Of a stretch of 64,000 nt of DNA, positions 1 through 9,249 are shown piece after piece (the stretch's first letter is position 1; the number at the start of each line of letters is the position of its first letter). The notes beneath the pieces are model-generated. The model was not told where the DNA came from. It made no database searches and was given only the letters and a program-made list of their open reading frames with translations. The DNA comes from an uncultured Verrucomicrobiae bacterium. GTDB taxonomy: Bacteria > Verrucomicrobiota > Verrucomicrobiia > Limisphaerales > Palsa-1400. The stretch spans positions 224,001-288,000 of the forward strand of contig CAVPOM010000012.1 in NCBI GenBank assembly GCA_963707025.1, given 5' to 3'. The position numbers and the translations under genes were made by a program.

Positions 1-787
1 TGGTGCAAATCACATCCCGGCCGCTGATCCGTCCGCGCCGGAAGGCCGCGCCGCCGAGCAGCAGCAGCGGCAGCATCACCGTGGAAGTTTTGCTGAGCAG
101 CGCCAGCACGAAGGCCGCGAGCGACAGCCCGTACCACAGCGCCGCCGGGCCAACCTGGCGTGCCGGGATGTTGTCCTTCCGCGGGAGGGAGGCGTCTTCA
201 TAGCGGACATAAAACAAGGCGGCCAGCAGGAAGAAAGGCAGCGAAAGCGTGTTCTTCATTTCGGCGATCCGGGCCACCGAGGCCACGGCCACCGGGTGAA
301 CGGCAAAAACCGCCCCGGCCAGCCATGCGCCCGGGATTTTCAGCCGCGCCAACAAACGCCACAACAACACCGCGCTCAGGGCATGAAGGGCCATGTTCAC
401 GGCGTGATACCAGCCCGGTTTTGCGCCCCAGGCCAGCCATTGCGCCCAAAATACAAACGTCGAGAAGGCCCATTCCGTTTGGAACCAGACCGTGGAAGGC
501 CCCAGTTGCCCCGTCACCATCGGGTTGTCCTCCGCGATCAGCCGCCGGTCATCCATCAAAAAACTTCCCGGCAGGATGGGGCGGTAGGCGATGAGAACCA
601 GGGCGCCGATCAAGAGCACGCCCAAAACGAGACGCAGGCGGCTGCCGTCAACCTCCAGGGCGCGACCAATCCCCGCCCAGCCGCGGCGCAAAGCGCCGGC
701 ATCCGGTCCGGCGGGGAGAGGACAGGGCAGCGATGCGGCGTTTTCCGATGATTCTTGAATAAGCTTTTTATGGATTAGAGCGTCCAT
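1..787 (-). CDS. TMTC/DUF1736-like GT-C membrane glycosyltransferase, N-terminal part (runs off the window)
   Basis: Manual translation: MDALIHKK...LIAYRPILPGSFLMDD...YHAVNMALHA...AVFAVHPVAVASVARIAEMKNTLS...ALLSKTSTVMLP; same motifs as 41084 and 43604. Confidence 0.85.
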   Translation of the reverse strand, partial: MDALIHKKLIQESSENAASLPCPLPAGPDAGALRRGWAGIGRALEVDGSRLRLVLGVLLIGALVLIAYRPILPGSFLMDDRRLIAEDNPMVTGQLGPSTVWFQTEWAFSTFVFWAQWLAWGAKPGWYHAVNMALHALSAVLLWRLLARLKIPGAWLAGAVFAVHPVAVASVARIAEMKNTLSLPFFLLAALFYVRYEDASLPRKDNIPARQVGPAALWYGLSLAAFVLALLSKTSTVMLPLLLLGGAAFRRGRISGRDVICT

Positions 788-983
788 CCCGATTTTCTGC
801 TCAATTCGTCGCGCGCCAAAACCGGCCAACGAAATCCGCCCGCCCGTCGCGTCCTGCGCTGTCGTACCCATTCTCCGTCGGCGTCCTTTCCGCGGAGAGG
901 CCATTACGCTAAAGAACGCCAGCCTGGTTGTCCATCGGGCAACCCTGCTTTCTTTGTAGGGAGAATCCTCACAAGCCCGCGGG

Positions 984-1032
984 GAAATGCAAAATGCAAA
1001 ATGCAAAATGCAAAATGCAAAATGAAGAATGG
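984..1032 (+). repeat. Tandem heptamer array (AAAATGC)n
   Basis: 4 perfect units at 991-1018 plus 3 variant units. Confidence 0.95.
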
Positions 1033-1112
1033 GAACCTGGCGCGGAAGTGCAGGCGGGAAGACAAGCCAGCCGCGCGCCGGAAGGGGCCCCCAGCCGAGG
1101 GGAACCGTCCGC

Positions 1113-1146
1113 TTGACGGTTGATTAAATGACAGTAGAATGACACT
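1113..1146 (+). promoter_or_regulatory. Sigma70-type promoter for a leaderless antitoxin mRNA, with AATGACA operator-like repeats
   Basis: TTGACG-16-TAGAAT, 6 nt, ATG; AATGACA occurs twice around the -10. Confidence 0.6.
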
Positions 1147-1416
1147 ATGAAAACACTGACCGTGACCGCCGCCCGCCAGAATCTCGGCGCGTGGCTGAAA
1201 AAGACCCTGCAGGGCGAGGATATCGGCGTGATGATTGACGGCGCGGTGGTGGCGTTCCGCCCGGTCAAGGTTTACTCGGAGGATTACGCCACGCAGGAAT
1301 ACGGCGCCACGCCGGAGGAATTGGATCGCTTTGTCCTCAAGGCAAACCAGGAATTGGACGCCGACCGAAAAGCCGGGCGTCTGAAGCGCTTCCATGGAAA
1401 GCTGGCCCGTGGCTAA
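1147..1416 (+). CDS. Phd/YefM-like antitoxin
   Basis: N-terminus MKTLTVTAARQNLGAWLKKTLQGEDIGV fits the Phd/YefM pattern; 89 aa. Confidence 0.7.
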   Translation: MKTLTVTAARQNLGAWLKKTLQGEDIGVMIDGAVVAFRPVKVYSEDYATQEYGATPEELDRFVLKANQELDADRKAGRLKRFHGKLARG

Positions 1417-1445
1417 ACCGGCCGTCCTGCTCAGTCAACGATTTT
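1409..1445 (+). pseudogene. Possible N-terminal stub of a RelE/ParE-like toxin
   Basis: GTG overlaps the end of the antitoxin; VAKPAVLLSQRF then runs out of frame into cls. Confidence 0.35.
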
Positions 1446-2861
1446 TTGCATTGGAGCGTTATCTACCTGATCAGCGAGTGGGTCATCCGCCTCACGATGC
1501 TGGTCTATGTCCCCCGGCAGCGCACGGCCGCCGCGGCGCGCGCCTGGCTGCTGCTTATTTTTTTGCTGCCGTGGCCCGGCATCATTTTCTACGCGCTGGT
1601 GGGGCGCATTTATTTGCCCAAGGACCGGCTGGTCCGGCAGGAGGGGGCATCGAAAAAAATCCGCCTCGTGCAGGAGCAGTTCCTGGCCCGGGGCCACTCC
1701 CTGCCCAGCCTGCCGCCCCATGTCTCGCCGCTGGCGGCGCTGGCCGCGCGGCTGGGCGATTTTGAACCGCTCCAAGGCAACAAGGTGGAGTTGCTCACCG
1801 ATTACCAAGGCTCGATCGGGCGGCTGATTGCGGACATTGAGGCGGCGCACCGTCATGTCCATTTGTTGTGTTATATTTACGAGGACGATGAGACGGGGCG
1901 GCGGGTGGCGGAGGCGCTGGCCCGCGCGGCGGCGCGTGGCGTGAAGTGCCGGGTGTTGCTGGACGCGGTGGGGTCGAAACGGGCGTTGCGAGGGCTGGCG
2001 CCGAAGATGCGGCGCGACGGGGTGGAAGTGACGGCGCTGTTGCCGGCGGGCCTTTTCCGGCGCAACGCGGCGCGCTTTGATTTGCGCAACCACAGGAAAA
2101 TTGCGGTCATTGACGGCGGCATCGGCTACAGCGGATCGCAGAATATTTGCGACGGGCAATTTGTGAAAGGGTTCCCGAACCAGGAGCTGGTGGCGCGGCT
2201 GGCGGGGCCGGTGGTCTGGCAGTTGCAGGCCGTTTTTTTGGCGGATTACTATCAGGAAACCACCACCGTGCTCGATGGCATGGAGATTTTTCCCGAGCCG
2301 GCGCAGACGGGCGAATCCATCGCCCAGGCGCTGCCAAGCGGACCGGGCTACGGGCGGGAGAATGCGCAGGAATTGTTGATCGCGCTGCTCCATGAGGCGC
2401 GGGAGCGGGCGGTTCTGACGACGCCGTACTTCGTGCCGGACGAGCCGTTCCTGGAAGGGATGCGGGCGGCGGCGCGGCGCGGCGTGGCCGTCCACCTGGT
2501 GGTGTCGGAACACGCCAACCAGCGCCTGACGCAACTGGCGCAGCGCTCTTTTTACGACGAGCTGCTGGAGGCCGGGGTGAAGATTCATCTCTACAAGCCG
2601 CATTTTCTCCACGCCAAAAACCTGACGATTGACAACGACGTGGCGCTGGTCGGCTCGGCCAACATTGACATCCGCTCCTTCGCGCTGAACGAGGAGATCA
2701 GCCTGTTGTTTTACGACGCGGGAACGGTGGCGGCGCTGCACCGCATACAGGACGATTACCTGGCGCAAAGCACCCTGCTGGACGCCGGGGAATGGCGCGG
2801 GCGGCCGCTGGCGGCGCGCACGGTGCAGGGCGTGGCAAGGCTGGCGGATTCGTTTCTCTGA
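1446..2861 (+). CDS. cls: Cardiolipin synthase
   Basis: Two N-terminal TM helices; two HKD motifs (NHRKIAVIDG, LHAKNLTIDN); GSANIDIRSF. Confidence 0.95.
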   Translation: MHWSVIYLISEWVIRLTMLVYVPRQRTAAAARAWLLLIFLLPWPGIIFYALVGRIYLPKDRLVRQEGASKKIRLVQEQFLARGHSLPSLPPHVSPLAALAARLGDFEPLQGNKVELLTDYQGSIGRLIADIEAAHRHVHLLCYIYEDDETGRRVAEALARAAARGVKCRVLLDAVGSKRALRGLAPKMRRDGVEVTALLPAGLFRRNAARFDLRNHRKIAVIDGGIGYSGSQNICDGQFVKGFPNQELVARLAGPVVWQLQAVFLADYYQETTTVLDGMEIFPEPAQTGESIAQALPSGPGYGRENAQELLIALLHEARERAVLTTPYFVPDEPFLEGMRAAARRGVAVHLVVSEHANQRLTQLAQRSFYDELLEAGVKIHLYKPHFLHAKNLTIDNDVALVGSANIDIRSFALNEEISLLFYDAGTVAALHRIQDDYLAQSTLLDAGEWRGRPLAARTVQGVARLADSFL

Positions 2862-2895
2862 AAATGCAAAATGCAGAATGCAAAATGCATAATGA
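2861..2895 (+). repeat. Tandem heptamer array (AAAATGC)n
   Basis: AAAATGC AAAATGC AGAATGC AAAATGC ATAATGA starting at the cls stop. Confidence 0.9.
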
Positions 2896-3120
2896 AAGCA
2901 TGGCGGCAGTGAACGGGGTCCAGAAACGAGCCTGGGAATATTCGCGCAGGAGACAATGATGGCTGCCAGAGAGCGTAGGGTCCGAAAAATCGCTTTTGAC
3001 TCATTTCACCCCGTTTCTTCCCATCGCTTGGACCCTCACAAAACCCTTGATTCTATTGGCGAAAATCGTGTTTTGCCCGTTTTCAGCGCGACCGCAGAAA
3101 CTCATCAAAACGGAAATGAA

Positions 3121-3143
3121 ACCAGCACAGCAACTAGCACAAA
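3121..3143 (+). repeat. Integrase arm-type direct repeat pair (left end)
   Basis: ACCAGCACAGC and ACTAGCACAAA, 12-bp period; matches 10488-10510. Confidence 0.7.
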
Positions 3144-3373
3144 TCAGGAAAGTCCGCAGTCCTCTTGTCTGAAAAGGGGATTTCCCCGCGGCTCGTTCCC
3201 GTGTCGTCATCCGGCTTGCTCAAGGCAGGAAGGCCAAGCCGAATGCCAACACGCGAACGCTCCGCCCCGACGAGTGCCTGGTCGTGCCGTCATTGTCCCC
3301 AAGATTGCGCCCCGGCTGCCCTCGCAACATTGGAGACAATGCCGTCACCAGCAGGAAAGGCGTGGACGGCCAG

Positions 3374-3901
3374 TGACCCGCCTGTCCTGTCATGACTTTG
3401 TGGACAACCAAGTGCGGCTGCAACTGTTCGTGCTGGCCTACAACTTGGGCAACTTTCTGCGGCAGGCCGTGATGCCCCGTGCGGTGCGTCACTGGACATT
3501 GACGACGTTGCGGGAGAAAGTGATCAAGATTGGGGCGAAGATCGTGCGCCATTCCCAGCAGATCATCTTCCAGTTGGCGGAGGTGGCGGTGGCGAGAGAG
3601 TTGTTCCGGCCGATTCTGGAAGGGATTGGGCGGCTGAGATTGGCAACGGTGTTATGAGGATGATGAAAGAAACCCAACAATCGCAGGGGAACACCGAAAC
3701 TACGGAGGACGTGTCTTTGCGTGCGGCGGAAAAGCGCGTGAAAAGGCACCAAAGGTCAACGCAGCGCTCCCTTTTCCAGAGAATAAGCGGACTGAAAAAA
3801 CGGCGGACTGAAAAAAGCGCTTGCAAATCCGTGGAACTGGACGAAATTCACGAAAAATGCCGCGCTGGTCGTGGGCTAGAAACCAAATGTGAGATGTCAG
3901 G
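3374..3901 (+). pseudogene. IS1380-family relic: C-terminal transposase fragment (to 3657) and probable right end
   Basis: TRLSCHDFVDNQVRLQLFVLAYNLGNFLR...WTLTTLREKVIKIGAKIVRH...FQLAEVAV; no N-terminal part; putative end AATGTGAGATGTCAGG. Confidence 0.8.
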
Positions 3902-3913
3902 TTGGATCATATT

Positions 3914-6900
3914 ATGAAGAAGCTTGTTTTGTTTGCCACCATTTTGTCCTCAGCGTTGACCGCGCACGCGCAATACTTCTTCACCAATGGAAACCTGGCG
4001 ATTGAACGGCTCGGCACCGCCAGCGACCCGGCTGGCACCAGCGGTGGCACGCCGATTTACATAGACCAATATGATACCAACGGGAACCTGCTTGGCACCA
4101 TTGCCATTCCAGCCACCAACAGCGTCAGCGTCACCAACGCGCTGGTTGCCTCTGGTAACACCAATACCGAAGGCCATTTCACCCTGTTGATAGACGGAAC
4201 CAAACTGGTGCTGGTTGGCTACGACACCAGCGCCGGTGGGAGCGGCATCAGCAGCAGCACAACGAATGCGGTCCCGCGCGCTGTCGCCACAGTTGACTAC
4301 AACGGCAATTACCAGATGCAGTTCAACAACGCCGGTTATTCTGGAGGGAACATTTGCGAGGCTGTCTCCGACGGAACCAATCAATTTTGGACCGCCGGCG
4401 CCAACGCTGGCATTCAATATTTCTCCACGCCTGGGGCAGCCCCGGTGCTCATCGAGGGGGGGAACACCAACAATCGAAACCTTGAGATTTGCAACGGCAT
4501 CTTGTCTTGGACGACAGATTCAACGAGTGGCGGGGCCTCGGTTGGAATCGAGACTTTCGGGGATTTGCCCACATCAACCACCGCCATCGCCAGCCTCATA
4601 CCGGACGAGTCGTCCACCGTCAGTCCTTATGATTTTGCCATCAGCCCGGACGGGACCCAAGCTTATCTTGTGGACAATGGCAGTTTTTCAGGCGGCATCA
4701 TCAGCTACCAAATCACTTTGATCTATGAGGGTGGGTTCCCCCCGGTTTATGCCAAGGTGTGGTCCCAGCAATATATTCTCCCCGTTAACGTCACCACCCA
4801 CGCCAGCGCTCTCTCCCTGGTCGTGGAATGGAACGGCGGCGGCAGCCATGGCGGCAACGTCATTTACGCGATCACTTCGGACACCGCGCCACTGCTGGTC
4901 AAGATCATTGACAACGGAAGCTCTTCGACCCCCACCACGCTGGCCACCTCCCCAACCGCGTCGCTTTTCCGCGACGTGAAATTCGTCCCGCTTCCCCCCG
5001 GCAGCGGCATGACTCCCCTCGGCTACGGGCCGGCCATCGCCACCGGCGGCCAGCCGAGCAACGACACGGTTTACGTTGGCCAAAATGCCTCCTTCACCGT
5101 CAGCATTATGGGAAACGCGACCACGCCGGTCTATTATCAGTGGTATTCGAACAATATGGCCGTCCCTGACGAAACTAACGCGGTCGCGACCATTTTCAGC
5201 ACGACCCTCGCGCAGAATGACACGCCGTTTTACGTAATGATCACCAATGCTTTTGGCGCGGTCACAAGCCAGGTGGCGACTTTGTATGTCAAGGGACAAC
5301 CTCCAAGCATTGCATCGATTTCACCCAGCAACGTGGTGCTCAATGCCGGCGCTTCTGCGACCTTTACAGTGACGGAGGTCGGCACCAGTAATTCCTATTT
5401 CTGGTATCAGAACAACAGCGGTCCGCTGAGTGACGGCGGGGGTCTTTCAGGCAGTGCCACGGCGGCGCTGACAATTTCACCCGCGTATGAGGCCGACACG
5501 GGAAGTTACGCGGTGGTGGTGAGCAATTCCTATGGATCGGTGACGAGCGCGCCGGTCATTTTGCGGGTTATGGATCCGGTGATCACTCTCCAACCGATGG
5601 GCGTCACCAATATCGGCGGGGCTGCCGGCGCCGACCCAACCCTCGAAGTTATTGCGGTCGGCACACCAAATCTGACTTATCAGTGGCTTTCCAACGGTGT
5701 GCCAATCCCGGGAGCGCAGGGCTCCAACTACACTGTCTCATCTTCCCCCGGAGTTCCAGCCACTTACTCGGTAATTGTCGCCAACGGACTGGGTGCCGGC
5801 GTCACCAGCCAGGGGGCCACCGTAATGATTCAGCCCGCCGCCACGGTCGCTGTTCAAAACGCGCAGTTTTTCCAAATCAAAGGACCTGCAGCAACGGGCA
5901 TCATCGGGTTGCAAGCAGACGGCTCGCTGATGTGGACCAACGCGCAAACGAACGCAACTTATACCATCCAGAAGGCCGCCACACTTGGCAACGTTTCCAA
6001 TTGGATGGACTTCGTCCACATTCTGACCACCTCCTTTATTTTAACCAACAAGGTTCTTATTGAAATCCCACCCCCCGGCATGGTTTGGATTCCTGGTGGG
6101 ACCTTCACCATGGGGAACGCTCTTGCTAATGTTCTTGTGACAAACGACACCTATGATTATATTCTCAATACGGGTTATCTTGAGGTTTCTTCGACAAATT
6201 ATGCAGTTTACGAGGGGGATGCCAGCCCCACTAACATAACATTGCTGACGGGGTTTTTCATGGACGAGAACCTGGTGAGTTTAAGCCAATGGCGGTCGGT
6301 TTGCGAATACGCGACCAATGATGAGATCTACGGTATTTATGAATTTGCCAACCCGGGTTACGCCAAAGCCTGGAATCATCCGGTGCAGGGTGTAGATTGG
6401 TATGACTGCGCAAAGTGGTGCAACGCACGGTCGGAGCAAGCGGGTTTACTGCCGGTGTATTACACCAACGCGGATATGGATTCGCTCTCGGTATTTAGAA
6501 CCGGCGAACCGGCTGTGGTGTACGCTAATTGGGCGATCCTCAGCAGCTATCGCCTGCCGACAGAGGCAGAGTGGGAGATGGCTGCACGAGGCGGGCAGGT
6601 TGGTCAAAGGTTTCCGTGGGGCAACACCATTACTGAAAGTCAGGCCAACTACTCGTCTATAAAGCAGATTTACTTGAATATTCCCATTATCGGTGGGGGG
6701 GGTTATGGTTTACCAGATTACATCAAAACAATTTATTCCTGGCCTTACGATATAAATGGCAGTGTGGATTTACAACAGCCAGCTTCCCCCAATCCGGTCT
6801 TCGCGACCACCGTTCCTTATACCAGTCCGGTGGGATGGTTTTCAGCGAATTCTTATGGACTTTACGACATGGCAGGGAATGTCAACGAGTGGTGTTGGGA

Positions 6901-7165
6901 TTGGTACGGAACGCCGTATGGTCAATCCTCGCCCGACGCTTCAACCTATGCTTTAACCTTTTCAGGTCCTCTCACAGGGAGCACCCGTGTAGTGCGCGGC
7001 GGCAGTTGGGCCTCACTAGCCGAGCAAGCACAGTGCGGATTTCGCAACTCGCAAGCCCCCAACTTGAACACCGTCCCCAACCTCAATATCCAAGGCAGCT
7101 TCTCCGCCGGTGGAGACCCGGTTGGCTTTCGCTGCGTGAAGCAGTTTTCACCGTCATCCCGCTGA
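3914..7165 (+). CDS. Secreted multidomain protein: beta-rich N-domain, three Ig-like domains, C-terminal FGE/SUMF1-fold domain
   Basis: Signal peptide MKKLVLF...AHA; YQW/YFW Ig motifs; YRLPTEAEWEMAARGG, GLYDMAGNVNEWCWD, RVVRGGSW, GFRCV. Confidence 0.9.
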   Translation: MKKLVLFATILSSALTAHAQYFFTNGNLAIERLGTASDPAGTSGGTPIYIDQYDTNGNLLGTIAIPATNSVSVTNALVASGNTNTEGHFTLLIDGTKLVLVGYDTSAGGSGISSSTTNAVPRAVATVDYNGNYQMQFNNAGYSGGNICEAVSDGTNQFWTAGANAGIQYFSTPGAAPVLIEGGNTNNRNLEICNGILSWTTDSTSGGASVGIETFGDLPTSTTAIASLIPDESSTVSPYDFAISPDGTQAYLVDNGSFSGGIISYQITLIYEGGFPPVYAKVWSQQYILPVNVTTHASALSLVVEWNGGGSHGGNVIYAITSDTAPLLVKIIDNGSSSTPTTLATSPTASLFRDVKFVPLPPGSGMTPLGYGPAIATGGQPSNDTVYVGQNASFTVSIMGNATTPVYYQWYSNNMAVPDETNAVATIFSTTLAQNDTPFYVMITNAFGAVTSQVATLYVKGQPPSIASISPSNVVLNAGASATFTVTEVGTSNSYFWYQNNSGPLSDGGGLSGSATAALTISPAYEADTGSYAVVVSNSYGSVTSAPVILRVMDPVITLQPMGVTNIGGAAGADPTLEVIAVGTPNLTYQWLSNGVPIPGAQGSNYTVSSSPGVPATYSVIVANGLGAGVTSQGATVMIQPAATVAVQNAQFFQIKGPAATGIIGLQADGSLMWTNAQTNATYTIQKAATLGNVSNWMDFVHILTTSFILTNKVLIEIPPPGMVWIPGGTFTMGNALANVLVTNDTYDYILNTGYLEVSSTNYAVYEGDASPTNITLLTGFFMDENLVSLSQWRSVCEYATNDEIYGIYEFANPGYAKAWNHPVQGVDWYDCAKWCNARSEQAGLLPVYYTNADMDSLSVFRTGEPAVVYANWAILSSYRLPTEAEWEMAARGGQVGQRFPWGNTITESQANYSSIKQIYLNIPIIGGGGYGLPDYIKTIYSWPYDINGSVDLQQPASPNPVFATTVPYTSPVGWFSANSYGLYDMAGNVNEWCWDWYGTPYGQSSPDASTYALTFSGPLTGSTRVVRGGSWASLAEQAQCGFRNSQAPNLNTVPNLNIQGSFSAGGDPVGFRCVKQFSPSSR

Positions 7166-7236
7166 GCGAGATGGCGTATTTTAAGGCGATTGAAAATGAG
7201 CGGTTTGCACAGCAAAAGCGATGTGATCGATTTCAA

Positions 7237-8481
7237 TTAAAACGGATCCCCCGACGCTTCCATCAAATCGTTTTGCAAATCCGTTTCTGTCGCCGGCCCC
7301 ACATCCATGTTGTCCGCTTTCGCTGGCCGGGATTCCTGCCAGCGCACTTCCGCCGCCTCATCAAACGCCAACTCCGTGAATTTCCGCAACAAAGCCGAAT
7401 CCGCCGCGATCATGCTCTTTTTCCCCGCCTCATCCAGATACGGAAAGGGGTCTTGCGCAAACTCCCGCAACATCATCGCCGCCACGCCGCTTTCAAACTG
7501 GCCTTTGCCAAACAGCAACGGCACCGGGATGGACGCGATAATCTCGCCCAGGTAATAATGCCAGCGTGAACCGAAATAATCCGCAAAGTCGCCATACTCC
7601 TGAAAATGCAGCATGGACGCCGCCAGCCTGAGCCGGGTCCGGTGAATGAGATTGCCCAGGGTGTGCGGGGAGAACCGCATGGTGAATCTTTGGCTCAGAC
7701 TGCGGGAAAACCGCACCAGCCGGTTTTTGCGCCCAGCCGGGACCAGCCCAAAGGACTTGGACAAATACCCGGCCACATACCGGGCGACCGCTGCGCCGGT
7801 TTTCTTGATCGGGAGCAGTTCCACCCGCCCGAAACGATACTTGCAGCAGGTTTGCCGCAACACCTGCCATTCCGCCGCCAGCGCCGCATTGCGCAGGTGC
7901 TTCCCGCGCCGCATCCAGTAAGGCAGCTTGTAGTTGGAGAGGGTTTCAACGTCCGTGCCGGTCCGAATGTCCGCTTTGGTGGACACCACCACATGGAGAT
8001 GCCACACGCCGTCTCTGTGCGGTTCCAGAACACAAATCCAATCTTCGTAACGCCTGGTGACGACGTTGGACGCGAAGGAATGCCAGCGCGCCTGGACGAA
8101 ATCCAGGTCTTTGGCCTGCTCCCGCAATTTCCGCGTGGCTTCCGATCCTCTGCCACTCCCTGGCACACCAAAGGACAGGGTGAGCAGTCCGACCCTGTTG
8201 ATACCGTGCTTTCTCACCACCCCTTCAATAGCCGTGCTGATCCGGTGACGGCCTTTCTTGCGGTAAGGGGAGAGCGGTTCAGGCTTGATTCTCTCCTTTT
8301 CAATGCAGCTATTGCTATTATGACAAGGAAGGGCGGGGCGGGCGGCCCTGACGGGCCGCACCGCCCCCGCCCCTTCCGCGTCGCCAGTTGGAGCCACATC
8401 CGGCCGCAGAACCGGCGAGCAGTGGTGCTCGCTGTCCGGTTCTGCTCGTTCTAACGCGCCACCGAGGCTCTGGGGACTCAC
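7237..8481 (-). CDS. HUH rolling-circle replication initiator
   Basis: Motif I LLTLSF, motif II EPHRDGVWHLHVVV, motif III ARYVAGYLSK (two Tyr); GTG overlaps upstream stop. Confidence 0.85.
   Translation of the reverse strand: MSPQSLGGALERAEPDSEHHCSPVLRPDVAPTGDAEGAGAVRPVRAARPALPCHNSNSCIEKERIKPEPLSPYRKKGRHRISTAIEGVVRKHGINRVGLLTLSFGVPGSGRGSEATRKLREQAKDLDFVQARWHSFASNVVTRRYEDWICVLEPHRDGVWHLHVVVSTKADIRTGTDVETLSNYKLPYWMRRGKHLRNAALAAEWQVLRQTCCKYRFGRVELLPIKKTGAAVARYVAGYLSKSFGLVPAGRKNRLVRFSRSLSQRFTMRFSPHTLGNLIHRTRLRLAASMLHFQEYGDFADYFGSRWHYYLGEIIASIPVPLLFGKGQFESGVAAMMLREFAQDPFPYLDEAGKKSMIAADSALLRKFTELAFDEAAEVRWQESRPAKADNMDVGPATETDLQNDLMEASGDPF
8314..8377 (-). other. Candidate double-strand origin
   Basis: GC hairpin 8327-8377 followed on the minus strand by CTTGTCATAATA, resembling CTTGATA-type nick sites. 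Confidence 0.45.
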
Positions 8482-8789
8482 AGGCCCCCCTCCCGCTGGC
8501 GAATTGGAACCTTGTGGACTTGCGCAAAATCGCCCGCCGCCGCCCTCTTGTTGAATTTATCAATGGCCTCCTGGGTGAGATATTGGCGGCCCGCGATGTT
8601 GACCGTTTGGAGCCAGCCCTTCTTGCGCCAGCGCCAGGCCGTGCAGGCCGTCACGCCCACACGTTGAAGCCATTGAGAAAGGCTGATGATCGCACCGGGA
8701 GCTAGGGCGATTGACCCAGGAATGGCGGACGGAACCCCAAGAGGTTTTCCCCAAACCGACGGCGAAGAAATTGATATTGTGTCCGACAT
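8478..8789 (-). CDS. Excisionase-like winged HTH protein
   Basis: LSQWLQRVGVTACTAWRWRKKGWLQTVNIAGRQYL; start placed 6 nt after the -10 of TTGACG-17-TAGGTT. Confidence 0.75.
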   Translation of the reverse strand: MSDTISISSPSVWGKPLGVPSAIPGSIALAPGAIISLSQWLQRVGVTACTAWRWRKKGWLQTVNIAGRQYLTQEAIDKFNKRAAAGDFAQVHKVPIRQREGGL

Positions 8790-8827
8790 GGACACAACCT
8801 ACGATAACTACATACCGTCGTCAACCT

Positions 8828-9199
8828 TTATGTCTTGCCCGGTGAATCTTGGTCCTTGGCCCCGGCAAACGCCGCGACCCACTGCTCTTTGATGCTCGGT
8901 TCTTTCCAGGGCCGCCCCGCCTGCCGTTGCAGCTTCACGAAGGACTCCAATTCGTTGGCGGAGAGCCACTTCTTTCCCAGCAGATCAATCGGATGCAGGG
9001 TCCCCTCTTTCACCAGGTCATTGACCCGCTGCTTGCTCACCCCCAGGACGGTCGCCGCACTGGCAAACGGCAGCAGACCGCCTTCCCGGCTGGTTATGGC
9101 GCGGAGATTGCGAAAGACATCCAGAATGCCTTTCTTCACTTTCCGCTGCGGCAAATCACCAGTTGCGGCGGCAGACGGGGTATCGGCTGGCTTTATCAT
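8828..9199 (-). CDS. HTH DNA-binding protein (Xis/repressor-like)
   Basis: AATVLGVSKQRVNDLVKEGTLHPIDLLGKKWL; start placed 6 nt after TTGACC-17-TATCCT (ORF track start 9253). Confidence 0.75.
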   Translation of the reverse strand: MIKPADTPSAAATGDLPQRKVKKGILDVFRNLRAITSREGGLLPFASAATVLGVSKQRVNDLVKEGTLHPIDLLGKKWLSANELESFVKLQRQAGRPWKEPSIKEQWVAAFAGAKDQDSPGKT

Positions 9200-9249
9200 G
9201 TCCAAAGGATAGTTTATCGGTTTATGAAGGTCAATGGTTATTTTGCGCG

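Noticed and set aside
2931..3373. Left part of an intact IS1380 (ORF 2956-3657)
   Set aside because: Transposase similarity starts only near 3374; the upstream part is att/arm DNA and unrelated sequence
6980..7145. Diversity-generating retroelement
   Set aside because: The target-like fold is present, but no reverse transcriptase or template repeat was seen in the window
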